Shown here in pieces: positions 29,512 to 38,032 of a stretch of 64,000 nt of DNA. Source of the DNA: Pseudomonadales bacterium (GTDB lineage Bacteria > Pseudomonadota > Gammaproteobacteria > Pseudomonadales > GM7GCV1); assembly GCA_965221105.1 (NCBI GenBank), contig OZ244871.1, forward strand, positions 511,648-575,647, in the 5' to 3' direction. Position 1 is the first letter of the stretch; the number at the start of each line of letters is the position of its first letter. Both the position numbers and the translations under genes were made by a program. The notes below the pieces were generated by a model. It was given only the letters and a program-made list of their open reading frames with translations. It had not been told where the DNA came from and searched no databases.

Positions 29512-30023
29512 TCAGGTGGTGCCCGGGAGCTGCTGCAATGTCATCGCAAACTTCACGCCCCACAGGCGCGGCCTGGTTACGCCCATATTGTGTTTTCCCT
29601 GTCTTTTGTCATGTCACCCCCCTATTCATCAACTGTTCATTCGCTGAAATGTTCTGCACGTTTACGCTGCTGAACATCGGGGTCAACCCGGTACCCGCAA
29701 GCAGGATGTCTGCGCCCTGCTGCAGCGTATGCCTCCCCGTCAAGGCGTTGGCGGACTTGTCGCGAACCACATCGTCCGGGAACACCAGCGTCAGGTCGGA
29801 CTGTTCAGCAAAATCCATGAGCGCACTGCGAACCGGCTGCCGCGGAACATCGAATTCGAACTCCGTGTCCGCTGCGCTCGCCGACGCAGCAAAGCCAAAA
29901 CCCAAAATCAGCAAGGCTAGGCTTCCAGCCCGCCTGCAGGCAGCGAGTCTTCTTTGCACTCGCTTAGCTGACGATTGAGAACAGCTTTTCCCTGAGGACA
30001 GGTGAAAAGGCTTCCTCCCCCAT
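29512..30023 (-). pseudogene. Internally deleted TonB-dependent transducer (signal + STN domain joined to the last ~15 codons)
   Basis: 29585..30051 is ~85-88% identical by eye to 27598..28073 (STN: FEFDVPRQPVRSALMDFAEQSDLTLVFPDDVVRDKSANALTGRHTLQQGADILLAGTGL). There is a 2-nt length difference after the ATG (frameshift). 29533..29575 encodes RPRLWGVKFAMTLQ, the TBDR C-terminus (cf. PRLWGVKLAMTLQ at 2290..2331). Confidence 0.85.
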
Positions 30024-30047
30024 TGTGGGGAGGCCTGATTCTTTCGA

Positions 30048-31136
30048 TCAGAGACTGCTGAGGAGCACGCGACTCTCGCCATCGAACTCATGTGCGATAT
30101 CGAAGTTAACGTGCAGCGACGAGAGCAGTGCTTCAACATCGCCAACCCGAAAGCGGCCGGAGAGGGCGCGGGTTTTCAGCGATTCGTTGAGGAAAACAAA
30201 TTCGACTGTCGTATATCGCTCGACCTCCTTGAGCGCTTGTTCGAGCGGCTCCGAGCGAAAGACGAGGCGACCATCGCGCCAAGATAGCTTGAGCGCGATC
30301 TCGTCGTTCGAAACCAATTTTTTGACTGGCTCGGCGGTGCCCAAGCTCACCAACTCACCCACCGCAACAATGTTGTCGGCATCCTTGTCGCCCAATTTCC
30401 CAAGCAAGGGTGGCAAGGCCAAGTTGTCCATTTCATTGCTGTCGCTGGCACGCGGCGACGGCGCCATGGTTGTGTGCTTGCCAATGGCCACCTTGCCTTC
30501 GGTCACCAGGAGCTCGACATGGTGATCATCGGCCATTGCCACCACGAATTCCGTGCCAACCGCTTGAATGACTTGATTGCCGGCGAGCACGGATAATGGC
30601 CTGCTACGGTCTTCGGCGACCCGCACGAGAATCTCGCCTTGTGCCAGACGCAGCAATCGTTGATCTGGTGTGAAAGTGACCCCGAGTTGGCTGTTGGTGT
30701 TCAACACCACTTCGCTGCTATCGGGAAGCAGCAGGGTCTTCTGCTCGCCGATCGCGGTTGCGTACTCGGCTGATGTCGTTGGCGGCGCTTTATCGCCACC
30801 GGAAGTCGGCAGAATAAGTCCGACGGCTATCAGAACCGCCAAGGCGCCAGCCGCAGCGAGACCTTGGACCCACGGCCGATAGCCAAAGCCGCGCTTGACC
30901 CGATCATGCTCAGACCCGCGCGGAAACAGCTCGGCCAGCCGTGCAAGCGTATCGACCCTATCCCAGACCGAGGCGACTTCCATGAAGGATTCCCGATGTT
31001 CGACGCTCTCGTCCAGCCAGGCGCCAAGAGCCGCCTCGTCGCGTTCACTCAATTCCCCCTCATCCAATTTAAGCACCCAGCGGCTCGCGGCTTCGAGCGA
31101 TTCGTCATCGTGCGAGATCGACACGACGTTGTTCAT
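30048..31136 (-). CDS. fecR: FecR-family anti-sigma factor / transmembrane sensor
   Basis: AASRWVLKLDEGELSERDEAALGAWLDESVEHRESFMEVASVWD, a single TM (LAAAGALAVLIAVGLIL) and a periplasmic FecR domain. ATGA overlap with the sigma factor gene. Confidence 0.9.
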   Translation of the reverse strand: MNNVVSISHDDESLEAASRWVLKLDEGELSERDEAALGAWLDESVEHRESFMEVASVWDRVDTLARLAELFPRGSEHDRVKRGFGYRPWVQGLAAAGALAVLIAVGLILPTSGGDKAPPTTSAEYATAIGEQKTLLLPDSSEVVLNTNSQLGVTFTPDQRLLRLAQGEILVRVAEDRSRPLSVLAGNQVIQAVGTEFVVAMADDHHVELLVTEGKVAIGKHTTMAPSPRASDSNEMDNLALPPLLGKLGDKDADNIVAVGELVSLGTAEPVKKLVSNDEIALKLSWRDGRLVFRSEPLEQALKEVERYTTVEFVFLNESLKTRALSGRFRVGDVEALLSSLHVNFDIAHEFDGESRVLLSSL

Positions 31137-31720
31137 ACATCCTCTCTTCGTCGTCCCATAGACGAATGACGCTTCGTATTCCCTGAAGCCCGTCCCACAG
31201 CCAGCTGCCGACGCTTGCGCATGAACTGCACGCAGCGCTTGGTGCCGTTGGTGATATGGGTCTCAACAGTGGCTTGAGCGAGCCCCATCTCTGCCATGAT
31301 TTCCCGCAGCGTGTAGCCGTAGACCTTTTTCAGGACGAAGGCGCGGCGACCCTGTCTTGGCAGGGAGCGCACCGCCTCGCAAAAAAGCGCAAACTCCTCG
31401 TCAGAGGTGACCTGCGCATAGGTGGGATCCGACTCCGAGGGCACCAGCATCTCTTCGCGCGGCAATTCGTCCATGTCGGCACCGGCGGTCAAGCGCGACT
31501 CCGAACGCTTCACGTGGTCAATGGCGAGGTTGCGCGCCGTGCGGAACAGATAGGAACGCGGCTCACGGATGACCTTCTGATCATCTACGCGGCATATGCG
31601 GACATAGGTTTCCTGGACGATATCCTCAACATCTTTCGGCGGGACAATGCGCATCACCAACCGGGCGAGCTGCCCGCGCAGCTCAAGGTATGCGTCGATC
31701 AAACGATACGATCCAGCCAC
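31133..31720 (-). CDS. fecI: ECF sigma-70 factor (FecI-like)
   Basis: Region 2 DVEDIVQETYVRI...YLFRTARNLAIDHVKR. Region 4 RRAFVLKKVYGYTLREIMAEMGLAQATVETHI. Confidence 0.9.
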   Translation of the reverse strand: MAGSYRLIDAYLELRGQLARLVMRIVPPKDVEDIVQETYVRICRVDDQKVIREPRSYLFRTARNLAIDHVKRSESRLTAGADMDELPREEMLVPSESDPTYAQVTSDEEFALFCEAVRSLPRQGRRAFVLKKVYGYTLREIMAEMGLAQATVETHITNGTKRCVQFMRKRRQLAVGRASGNTKRHSSMGRRREDV

Positions 31721-32040
31721 AAGCCCGAACTTCTCACGAAACTATCGAGAGCGCCAGATACATATGCTGTAACTCTTTGACATATAAATCTAAAGAAGCA
31801 CGGCATAGATTTCCCCCCACTGGCGCACACTGTACCTTGACGAAGCCGGTGTACGCAACCTTCGGCGTTGTCCAACGCGACACGATGTTCAATGGAGAGG
31901 AGTGAATCTACGACGAATCGAGGTCGATTTCAGCGACGGCGCGACGCTGCTCGACGAAATACGGACCTAAGGCCCGAGCGCTGAGATCGGCAGAACAATC
32001 ACGCCGTCAGCGCGCTGGTAGCCATAGCCGCTGCCAACCA

Positions 32041-32268
32041 CTACCGTAAGCAGAGATTACGCGCACGGGTGCCAGACATGGGGCTTCGCTGTGCCCAGAT
32101 AGACCAGGAGGTAGGCAGAGCGCACGCTGGATAGTAGCGACTGTCCACAGGATGACGCAGAACCAGAAGTGTTCGCCAAGATGAAGGACCGCGCACCACT
32201 CACCGGTGCGGGCAGCCCCTTCTTCTCCGGGCGCGAAGTGGAAATCAATCAATTCCGCGAGAGCGCGG
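32041..32268. repeat. Direct repeat copy 2 (228 bp)
   Basis: See 24097..24324. Confidence 0.9.
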
Positions 32269-32477
32269 GGCAACTCGCCAAAGGCTTCCGCGCCAACAAC
32301 ACGCTGGTCTTTGAAGGGCCTCCGGGCTGCGGTAAGACCGCATTGCTTGACCAGATCACCGCTGATGTGAACGCCTACCCCGCTGACAGTGCACCGAATG
32401 GAGCGACTCGAAGGATGATCAGGCACGGTGGATTATCGGTAAGTCATCATGAAAAAAGCCTCAGCACCGACTTTTGA
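32169..32477 (+). pseudogene. P-loop ATPase (AAA-like) N-terminal fragment
   Basis: FFSGREVEINQFRESAGQLAKGFRANNTLVFEGPPGCGKTALLDQI (Walker A GPPGCGKT). It degenerates after ~70 codons and stops at 32477. Confidence 0.6.
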
Positions 32478-32839
32478 ATGTTCCTGCTCCAGCGGGCACC
32501 ATCCATTGTGGATTTGACGCGTATTACCCGTGCTGTCAACTCGCCGTTTCCAGGGGCAAGCTCCCATGCTTCCCCGTCAAGGTCTGTGGCTTCGATAGGT
32601 GCATCTTCGACATTTTGACCCTTCTTTCCAAACCGGCTTCTGATGTGGTGCCAATATGGAAACCAGTACAGACATATGCGAATGCCCAGACCACTCGCAA
32701 GAAACATGGCAAGAAAACCATGTACAGGCATGTCTGGAAACACGGAAATTGGCACCGCCTCGTTTTTCCGTTCTGCCTGAACCTGAGTATCCTGAAATAC
32801 TGGTAAGATTGATTCATTGCAATCTGGAAGGACGACACA

Positions 32840-33667
32840 ATGAAATCGGGCTGTGCTTCTTTTTTCTTGAGCCTGTCGGCACTCCTGCCGATATTGATTC
32901 TGAGTGCGGCAAGCGCCGCTGTGTTTGCCCGGCCTGGAATCGATTCCATAGTCACCCGTCCGGGTGGCACCATTCTCTTCAATCGGTACTGCGCGAACGA
33001 GGAGTACTATCAGGTGCACGCCTACGCAATTCTGGAATCCCACGACAGCGCAGCCAGAGCTTTGATGCAAATATCGACTGGTTACTTCCGACTGGAGAAT
33101 TCAGCCGTGCAAATCGGCTTCGATCCCCTTGAATTCGATTTTGACCTCGGCCCCGAATGGGCCGATTCCGAGTTGTCCATGCAGATTATGGCAACGACAG
33201 GTGAGCAGGAATTTGTAACGTTGGCGTTTGCTGCCTATCTCGATTCTGAATTCGGTCGGGAACCGATTCGGCGACCCTTCATCACCGATGCCAGAGGACG
33301 GCTGAATTGGCGGAATTTTGTTGAGCCAGAACTGGTGGAAACCAAGGCTGACCAAGGCTCTAACGTCGCCGAGTATGCCTACTTCGATGCCAGCGAACTG
33401 GTGATCAACAATTCGGGCGAGACGATCTGGTTCAGCCTGCGCCTGACCCGTGACCGCAGTGATGCGGAAATCCTGTTGACGGGGCCGGCATTCCGGATTC
33501 CCAATGGAATTTGGAATATGGACCTGTCCGAACCGCGTGTCCTTGGTCTGCTGCAATCCCTGAATCCGTTTCAGAAAGGTGGAATGATCGACGCGCTCAA
33601 CAGAGGAATGAGGTATCGCGACTGTCTGCAGGAGCGCAAGGAGGCCAGACTGCAATTCCATAACTGA
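32840..33667 (+). CDS. Secreted hypothetical protein
   Basis: 275 aa. Clear signal peptide MKSGCASFFLSLSALLPILILSAASAAVFA. No recognisable motif. Lower-GC region. Confidence 0.55.
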   Translation: MKSGCASFFLSLSALLPILILSAASAAVFARPGIDSIVTRPGGTILFNRYCANEEYYQVHAYAILESHDSAARALMQISTGYFRLENSAVQIGFDPLEFDFDLGPEWADSELSMQIMATTGEQEFVTLAFAAYLDSEFGREPIRRPFITDARGRLNWRNFVEPELVETKADQGSNVAEYAYFDASELVINNSGETIWFSLRLTRDRSDAEILLTGPAFRIPNGIWNMDLSEPRVLGLLQSLNPFQKGGMIDALNRGMRYRDCLQERKEARLQFHN

Positions 33668-34526
33668 CGCTTGTGAATGTCACGCCAGACCTCGACACAC
33701 TGTAGGGGAAGGCTGACACAGGCATCGTCGCACAGTACCTTGAGAAAGCCAGTGGCTTGTATCAAGTCTCAGCCCGCATTTGGATGGACTTGAGCGGCTG
33801 ACGCTGAGGAGTGCCACTGCAAGGGCACGAACGCGCCCCTTCGCTGCGTATCGGTTCGATCTGACCGTATCCTGCTCGAAACGCCCCGCTTCAAGCAAGG
33901 TCTCCGGAGCGAGAGCATCCTGCCCTCGGCCACATCACGACGATGACCTGAGTCCCGCTGAGCCACTGCTGGCTGTTGGGCACCGGTCTGTGCGTGCGCA
34001 GCGGTAGAAACCAGGACCCGCTCCTGCGCATGAGTTTCCGTTGTGAGTCCCGGCAGTAGCGGCAGGGCGAGCAACGTCGCGGCAAGCACGGTTCGCAATG
34101 GCTGGGCGATGGAAGAACTGCCCGCACGGATGCCATTGGCATTCCGAACAGCGTCGTCGGGAATACCGGGTTGCGTCGTCTTGCAGGGGCCATGCAATAG
34201 AACGGCTGCCCTGAGCAGCCAATCTGGACCCTCATGGAAGTGTGCACAGGATGGCCGGGCTGAACGGGGCCGTCAGGCCATTGATGTGCCTGTTCAGACT
34301 CCCTTCTCGGGCAACCTCCCGCTTCGACAGACCACATTTCTGCAGCAGCACTTTTATCTGACCCACCACAACCTACCCTGCATCAAACGTTCAGGCGATA
34401 CATCCATTGGGCCACTTCAGTACTGCAATTGCCATAGTCAAACTCATAGTGTTTTGTGCACACACGCTCTGGTCCGAAACCGCCCTGCGGTCAAAAAAGC
34501 TTCAATGGCTGATGGCTCAAGTGAAT

Positions 34527-34976
34527 TTACTGACTGCCAGACTGAACCTCGTTAAACGGCACGTTCTTATCAACGCGAATATCCCCAGGAAGCTCCAGGA
34601 CCTGTTCGGCAACAATAGTACGCAAAATCTCATCGGTCCCTCCAGCAACTCATAATGCCCGGAGAAAAAAGATATGTCTGCTGGAAAAAGGCTGACATGA
34701 TCGCTGTCTCTTCATCAACACAGGTACCTGTCTGAGCCATCAAATCCAGCGCATAGGCACGTTCTCCTGGCACATCGCCGTTCAGTCCCGCGTCCACAAA
34801 GCAGGCGTATTGCGAAATCCGGTGTTGGGTGATGCCCAGGGTGATCCCCGGATTGCTCGTGCTTCCTCATTCACGTCCAAAAGTTGCCGCAAAAGCCAGG
34901 CCAGGGGCGGGCGACACCCGAATTGGCTCCACCTGAATGTGAGTACAGTGAATGTAGTATAGTGTGTCATATTCAT
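34527..34976 (-). pseudogene. Acyl-CoA dehydrogenase, decayed C-terminal part
   Basis: 34530..34649 encodes VAGGTDEILRTIVAEQVLELPGDIRVDKNVPFNEVQSG, the FadE-type ACAD C-terminus. It is preceded by an in-frame TGA where W is expected (AL*VAGGT). Upstream pieces are scattered over other frames. Confidence 0.55.
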
Positions 34977-35002
34977 AGGTTCAGCACGGATGTCTCACGT
35001 GT

Positions 35003-38000
35003 GTGCCTGATTCACCAGCCGAGTGGGAGATACCAGTCATCAATCATCACCTGATTCGCACATCAATTCTGTTGGGATGTGTGTTGCTCGGCACCCAGGC
35101 CGTGTTGGCCCAGCAGGCCGCGCCAAGGCAGATGTTGGAATCCGATCCGGTTGAGCAACAAACTCTGGAAGCTGGGGCCACCGAGGACCTCGCCGACAGG
35201 GCCTTGCCCGCTGAGGAGATCGTGGTCACCGGCTCCCGTATCCGGCGAACCACCTTCAGCAGCACGTCACCCATTACGGTCATCACCAGTGAACGGTCGG
35301 CCCTCGCGGGATTGCTTGACACAGCGGACATCCTGCACTCTTCAACTATCGCCTCCGGGCAGCAAATCGACGATTCCTTTTCTGGATTCGTGACCGACGG
35401 CGGCCCCGGTGCCAATACCCTGTCGCTGCGCGGCTTGGGTGCGCAGCGAACGCTGATTCTCGTAAACGGCAAACGTTGGGGATCTTCCGGTGTTCGGGGC
35501 TCGACCAACTCTGTGGACCTCACCGCCATCCCCTCGTCTATCATTTCCCGCATTGAAATCCTTAAAGACGGCGCCTCATCCGTGTATGGCGCCGATGCAG
35601 TGGCCGGGGTGGTCAACGTGATCACCAAAACCCGCCAGGATGGCCTGCAAGTTAATGCAGTCGGGGCCGTCCCTGGCGAAAACGGTGGTGAAGGGTACGG
35701 CATTGATGTCGTCTACGGTCAGATTGGAGGCGATTGGTCATTCCATGTTGCTGCAGACTACCTCACGCAGCTGGAGTTGCGGCAATCACAGAGGGATTGG
35801 TCCTCCTGCAACCGGCGCCCGCGGCTGACCGACCAGGATGGCAATGGCACGATCGACAACCGCGACCCGGCCACTGGTGAACAGCTGTGCTTTGGCCTGC
35901 CGCACGGTTTTGTAGTTTCGCCGTTCGGCCGGGTGCGCTACGACCCCGAACTTGGGCCAGGTGCCGATCCCGGTGTGCCGTCTTTCGACTCCCTGTTGAA
36001 CGGCGTGCTGGGCATTCCATGGTTTACACGGCAGCCTTCTGGCCCCTTGGACAACGAGGGTGCCTTTTACCGGGACACGCGCAGTCCTCATGTGACGCAG
36101 ATATTTTCGGAATCGGACCGATTCTCCATCACCGCCTACGCAGACAAGGACCTGACGCTCTTCGGGAGTGCCTCCAGCGCCTTCCTGGAGTTCTACTACA
36201 ATCAGCGCACCTCCCGCACCAACGGCGGGTACCGGCAGCTGTTTGAGCCGGTTCCCGCGAGCAATCCGACCAATCCCTTTGGGGATTATGGGCCAGTGCC
36301 CGCTGCCTTCAGTCGAGGGGGCTTCGCCGCTCAGCCGGTGCTGATCAGCTACAACCTTCAGGATCCGAACTTTCATGTGGACGTATGGAGATACAACCTG
36401 TTCGGAGGGGTGGAGGGAGAACTTACCAGCAACTGGTCATACAACACCCACTTCGGCTATAGCTACTCGAAGGGAAGCTACGAAGAGGACAACTGGCTGA
36501 ACGACCGTCTGGTCGCATCGCTGGACGCTACGCTGGACAAGAATGGCAACCTGGTGTGTCGACAATTGGACCTCTACCCAGGCTGCATCGCAGCCAACAT
36601 GTTCACGAGCGAGGCACTGCTCGAAGGCACCTTGCCAGCGGAATACGTCGCCTACATCTCCAAGATCATACGGGGCGAGACCGTCTACCAGGGCTGGCAA
36701 GCCTCCGGCTACGTTACGGGGACGCTGTTTTCGCTATGGGGCGACGAAGCGGTGCGCACGGTCATTGGGGGCGAGGTGCGCCGCGAGGAGATCGACGACC
36801 AGCCCGACTTGGAGTCGCAAAACGACAACGTCTGGAATTCGACCTCAGCCCTGATAACCTCCGGCAGGGATACGGCGCGTGAAGTGTTCCTTGAAGTGGA
36901 GTTGCCCCTGCTGCCGTCCAACACGCCCCTGGCCGAAGAGGTTCTGCTCAATGTCTCCAGCCGCTTTACCGACTACGACTCATACGGGAGCGACTGGACT
37001 GAACGCGTGCAACTCAGTTGGCAGTTCAATCCCGTGCTGCGGGTCAGAGGCACCTACGGCACGTCGTTTCGCCCACCGGACCTGTTCGAGCAGTTTCTGG
37101 GCAACGAGACCGGATTTGTGAGCTACCTTGTCGATCCCTGCGTCCAATACGGCACCGACTATAATCCGGGCGATCCGATTCACGACAATTGCGCCAGCCT
37201 GGGCCTGCAGCCGGACCACGGCAGTGAAGGCGGCCCAGGCGCACGTTCCATCACCGGTGGGAACCGGGATTTACAGGCGGAGACATCGGAGGCCTGGACC
37301 GCTGGCCTGGTCATCTCACCGGAACAGATGGGTGTTTCCATAGCGCTGAACTTCTTCGAAATCGAGCTCAGAAACACGGTTGCCAGTCCGGGAGCAGGCT
37401 ATGTGCTGTGGCAATGCCTCAACTCCGTCGGTCTCAGCCACCCCTTCTGCGATCGCGTCGCACCACGCGACGCGGATGGGTTTCTGACCGATGTAAATGC
37501 GTCCCTGTTGAACGTCGGTGTACAACGCACCAGGGGGCTGGACATCAATGTTCTGTACGAGCAGGCCTTCCCCCGTTTCGATCTGACGGTGGATTTCTCG
37601 ACCACACGTCTCGACGAGCAGTACCTGGAATTGCTCGGGGAGGAATACGAATTGGCTGGCCGATGGGGTCTCCCCGAGTGGTCGGCGGAACTCGATATCT
37701 ACCTGGACTGGCGCGACTGGCGTTTCCTCTGGAGCCTTGGTTATGTCGGCCCCAGCCGGGAGGAGCGCATATTTGACCCCGGCACGACCAACGTGGACCG
37801 CATTCACAGAACACCGTCCAAGGACTACCATACCCTGTCGGCCCGGTACACCAGTGCCAACGATTGGCAGGTCATAGCCAGCGTGCGCAATCTGTTTGAC
37901 TCCGACCCACCCATAGTGTCCGATGGTCAGGGATCCAATTCTGCCTACCGAATCTTCAACACGATACCAGGAGCTGGCTACGACCTGCTCGGCCGCACCT

Positions 38001-38029
38001 TCGTTCTGCAGATTTCAAAGGGGTTCTGA
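35003..38029 (+). CDS. TonB-dependent receptor (large, 1008 aa)
   Basis: Signal LLGCVLLGTQAVLAQQ. Plug EEIVVTGSRIRR...NTLSLRGLGAQRTLILVNGKRW...IEILKDGASSVYGADAVAGVVNVITK. Terminal ...FVLQISKGF. Confidence 0.92.
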   Translation: MPDSPAEWEIPVINHHLIRTSILLGCVLLGTQAVLAQQAAPRQMLESDPVEQQTLEAGATEDLADRALPAEEIVVTGSRIRRTTFSSTSPITVITSERSALAGLLDTADILHSSTIASGQQIDDSFSGFVTDGGPGANTLSLRGLGAQRTLILVNGKRWGSSGVRGSTNSVDLTAIPSSIISRIEILKDGASSVYGADAVAGVVNVITKTRQDGLQVNAVGAVPGENGGEGYGIDVVYGQIGGDWSFHVAADYLTQLELRQSQRDWSSCNRRPRLTDQDGNGTIDNRDPATGEQLCFGLPHGFVVSPFGRVRYDPELGPGADPGVPSFDSLLNGVLGIPWFTRQPSGPLDNEGAFYRDTRSPHVTQIFSESDRFSITAYADKDLTLFGSASSAFLEFYYNQRTSRTNGGYRQLFEPVPASNPTNPFGDYGPVPAAFSRGGFAAQPVLISYNLQDPNFHVDVWRYNLFGGVEGELTSNWSYNTHFGYSYSKGSYEEDNWLNDRLVASLDATLDKNGNLVCRQLDLYPGCIAANMFTSEALLEGTLPAEYVAYISKIIRGETVYQGWQASGYVTGTLFSLWGDEAVRTVIGGEVRREEIDDQPDLESQNDNVWNSTSALITSGRDTAREVFLEVELPLLPSNTPLAEEVLLNVSSRFTDYDSYGSDWTERVQLSWQFNPVLRVRGTYGTSFRPPDLFEQFLGNETGFVSYLVDPCVQYGTDYNPGDPIHDNCASLGLQPDHGSEGGPGARSITGGNRDLQAETSEAWTAGLVISPEQMGVSIALNFFEIELRNTVASPGAGYVLWQCLNSVGLSHPFCDRVAPRDADGFLTDVNASLLNVGVQRTRGLDINVLYEQAFPRFDLTVDFSTTRLDEQYLELLGEEYELAGRWGLPEWSAELDIYLDWRDWRFLWSLGYVGPSREERIFDPGTTNVDRIHRTPSKDYHTLSARYTSANDWQVIASVRNLFDSDPPIVSDGQGSNSAYRIFNTIPGAGYDLLGRTFVLQISKGF

Positions 38030-38032
38030 TCC

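Noticed and set aside
31721-32040. Looked for a Fur box or ECF-type promoter upstream of the fecI-like gene.
   Set aside because: No convincing match to the GATAATGATAATCATTATC consensus could be identified by eye. No claim is made.
32447-32731. 94-codon minus-strand ORF (MPVHGFLAMFLASGLGIRICLYWFPYW...), divergent from the secreted hypothetical gene; possibly a small membrane protein.
   Set aside because: It has no Shine-Dalgarno sequence and no recognisable family, and it overlaps the tail of the decayed ATPase fragment. The evidence is insufficient to call it.
33680-34520. Several overlapping 100-170-aa ORFs on both strands (for example 33769..34197, 33891..34337, 34043..34555), plus a 45-codon HTH-looking frame (IKVLLQKCGLSKREVAREGSLNRHING) at ~34210..34345.
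   Set aside because: There are no starts with an RBS and no family motifs, and the frames are mutually exclusive. The region is most likely non-coding debris between the secreted hypothetical gene and the ACAD pseudogene.
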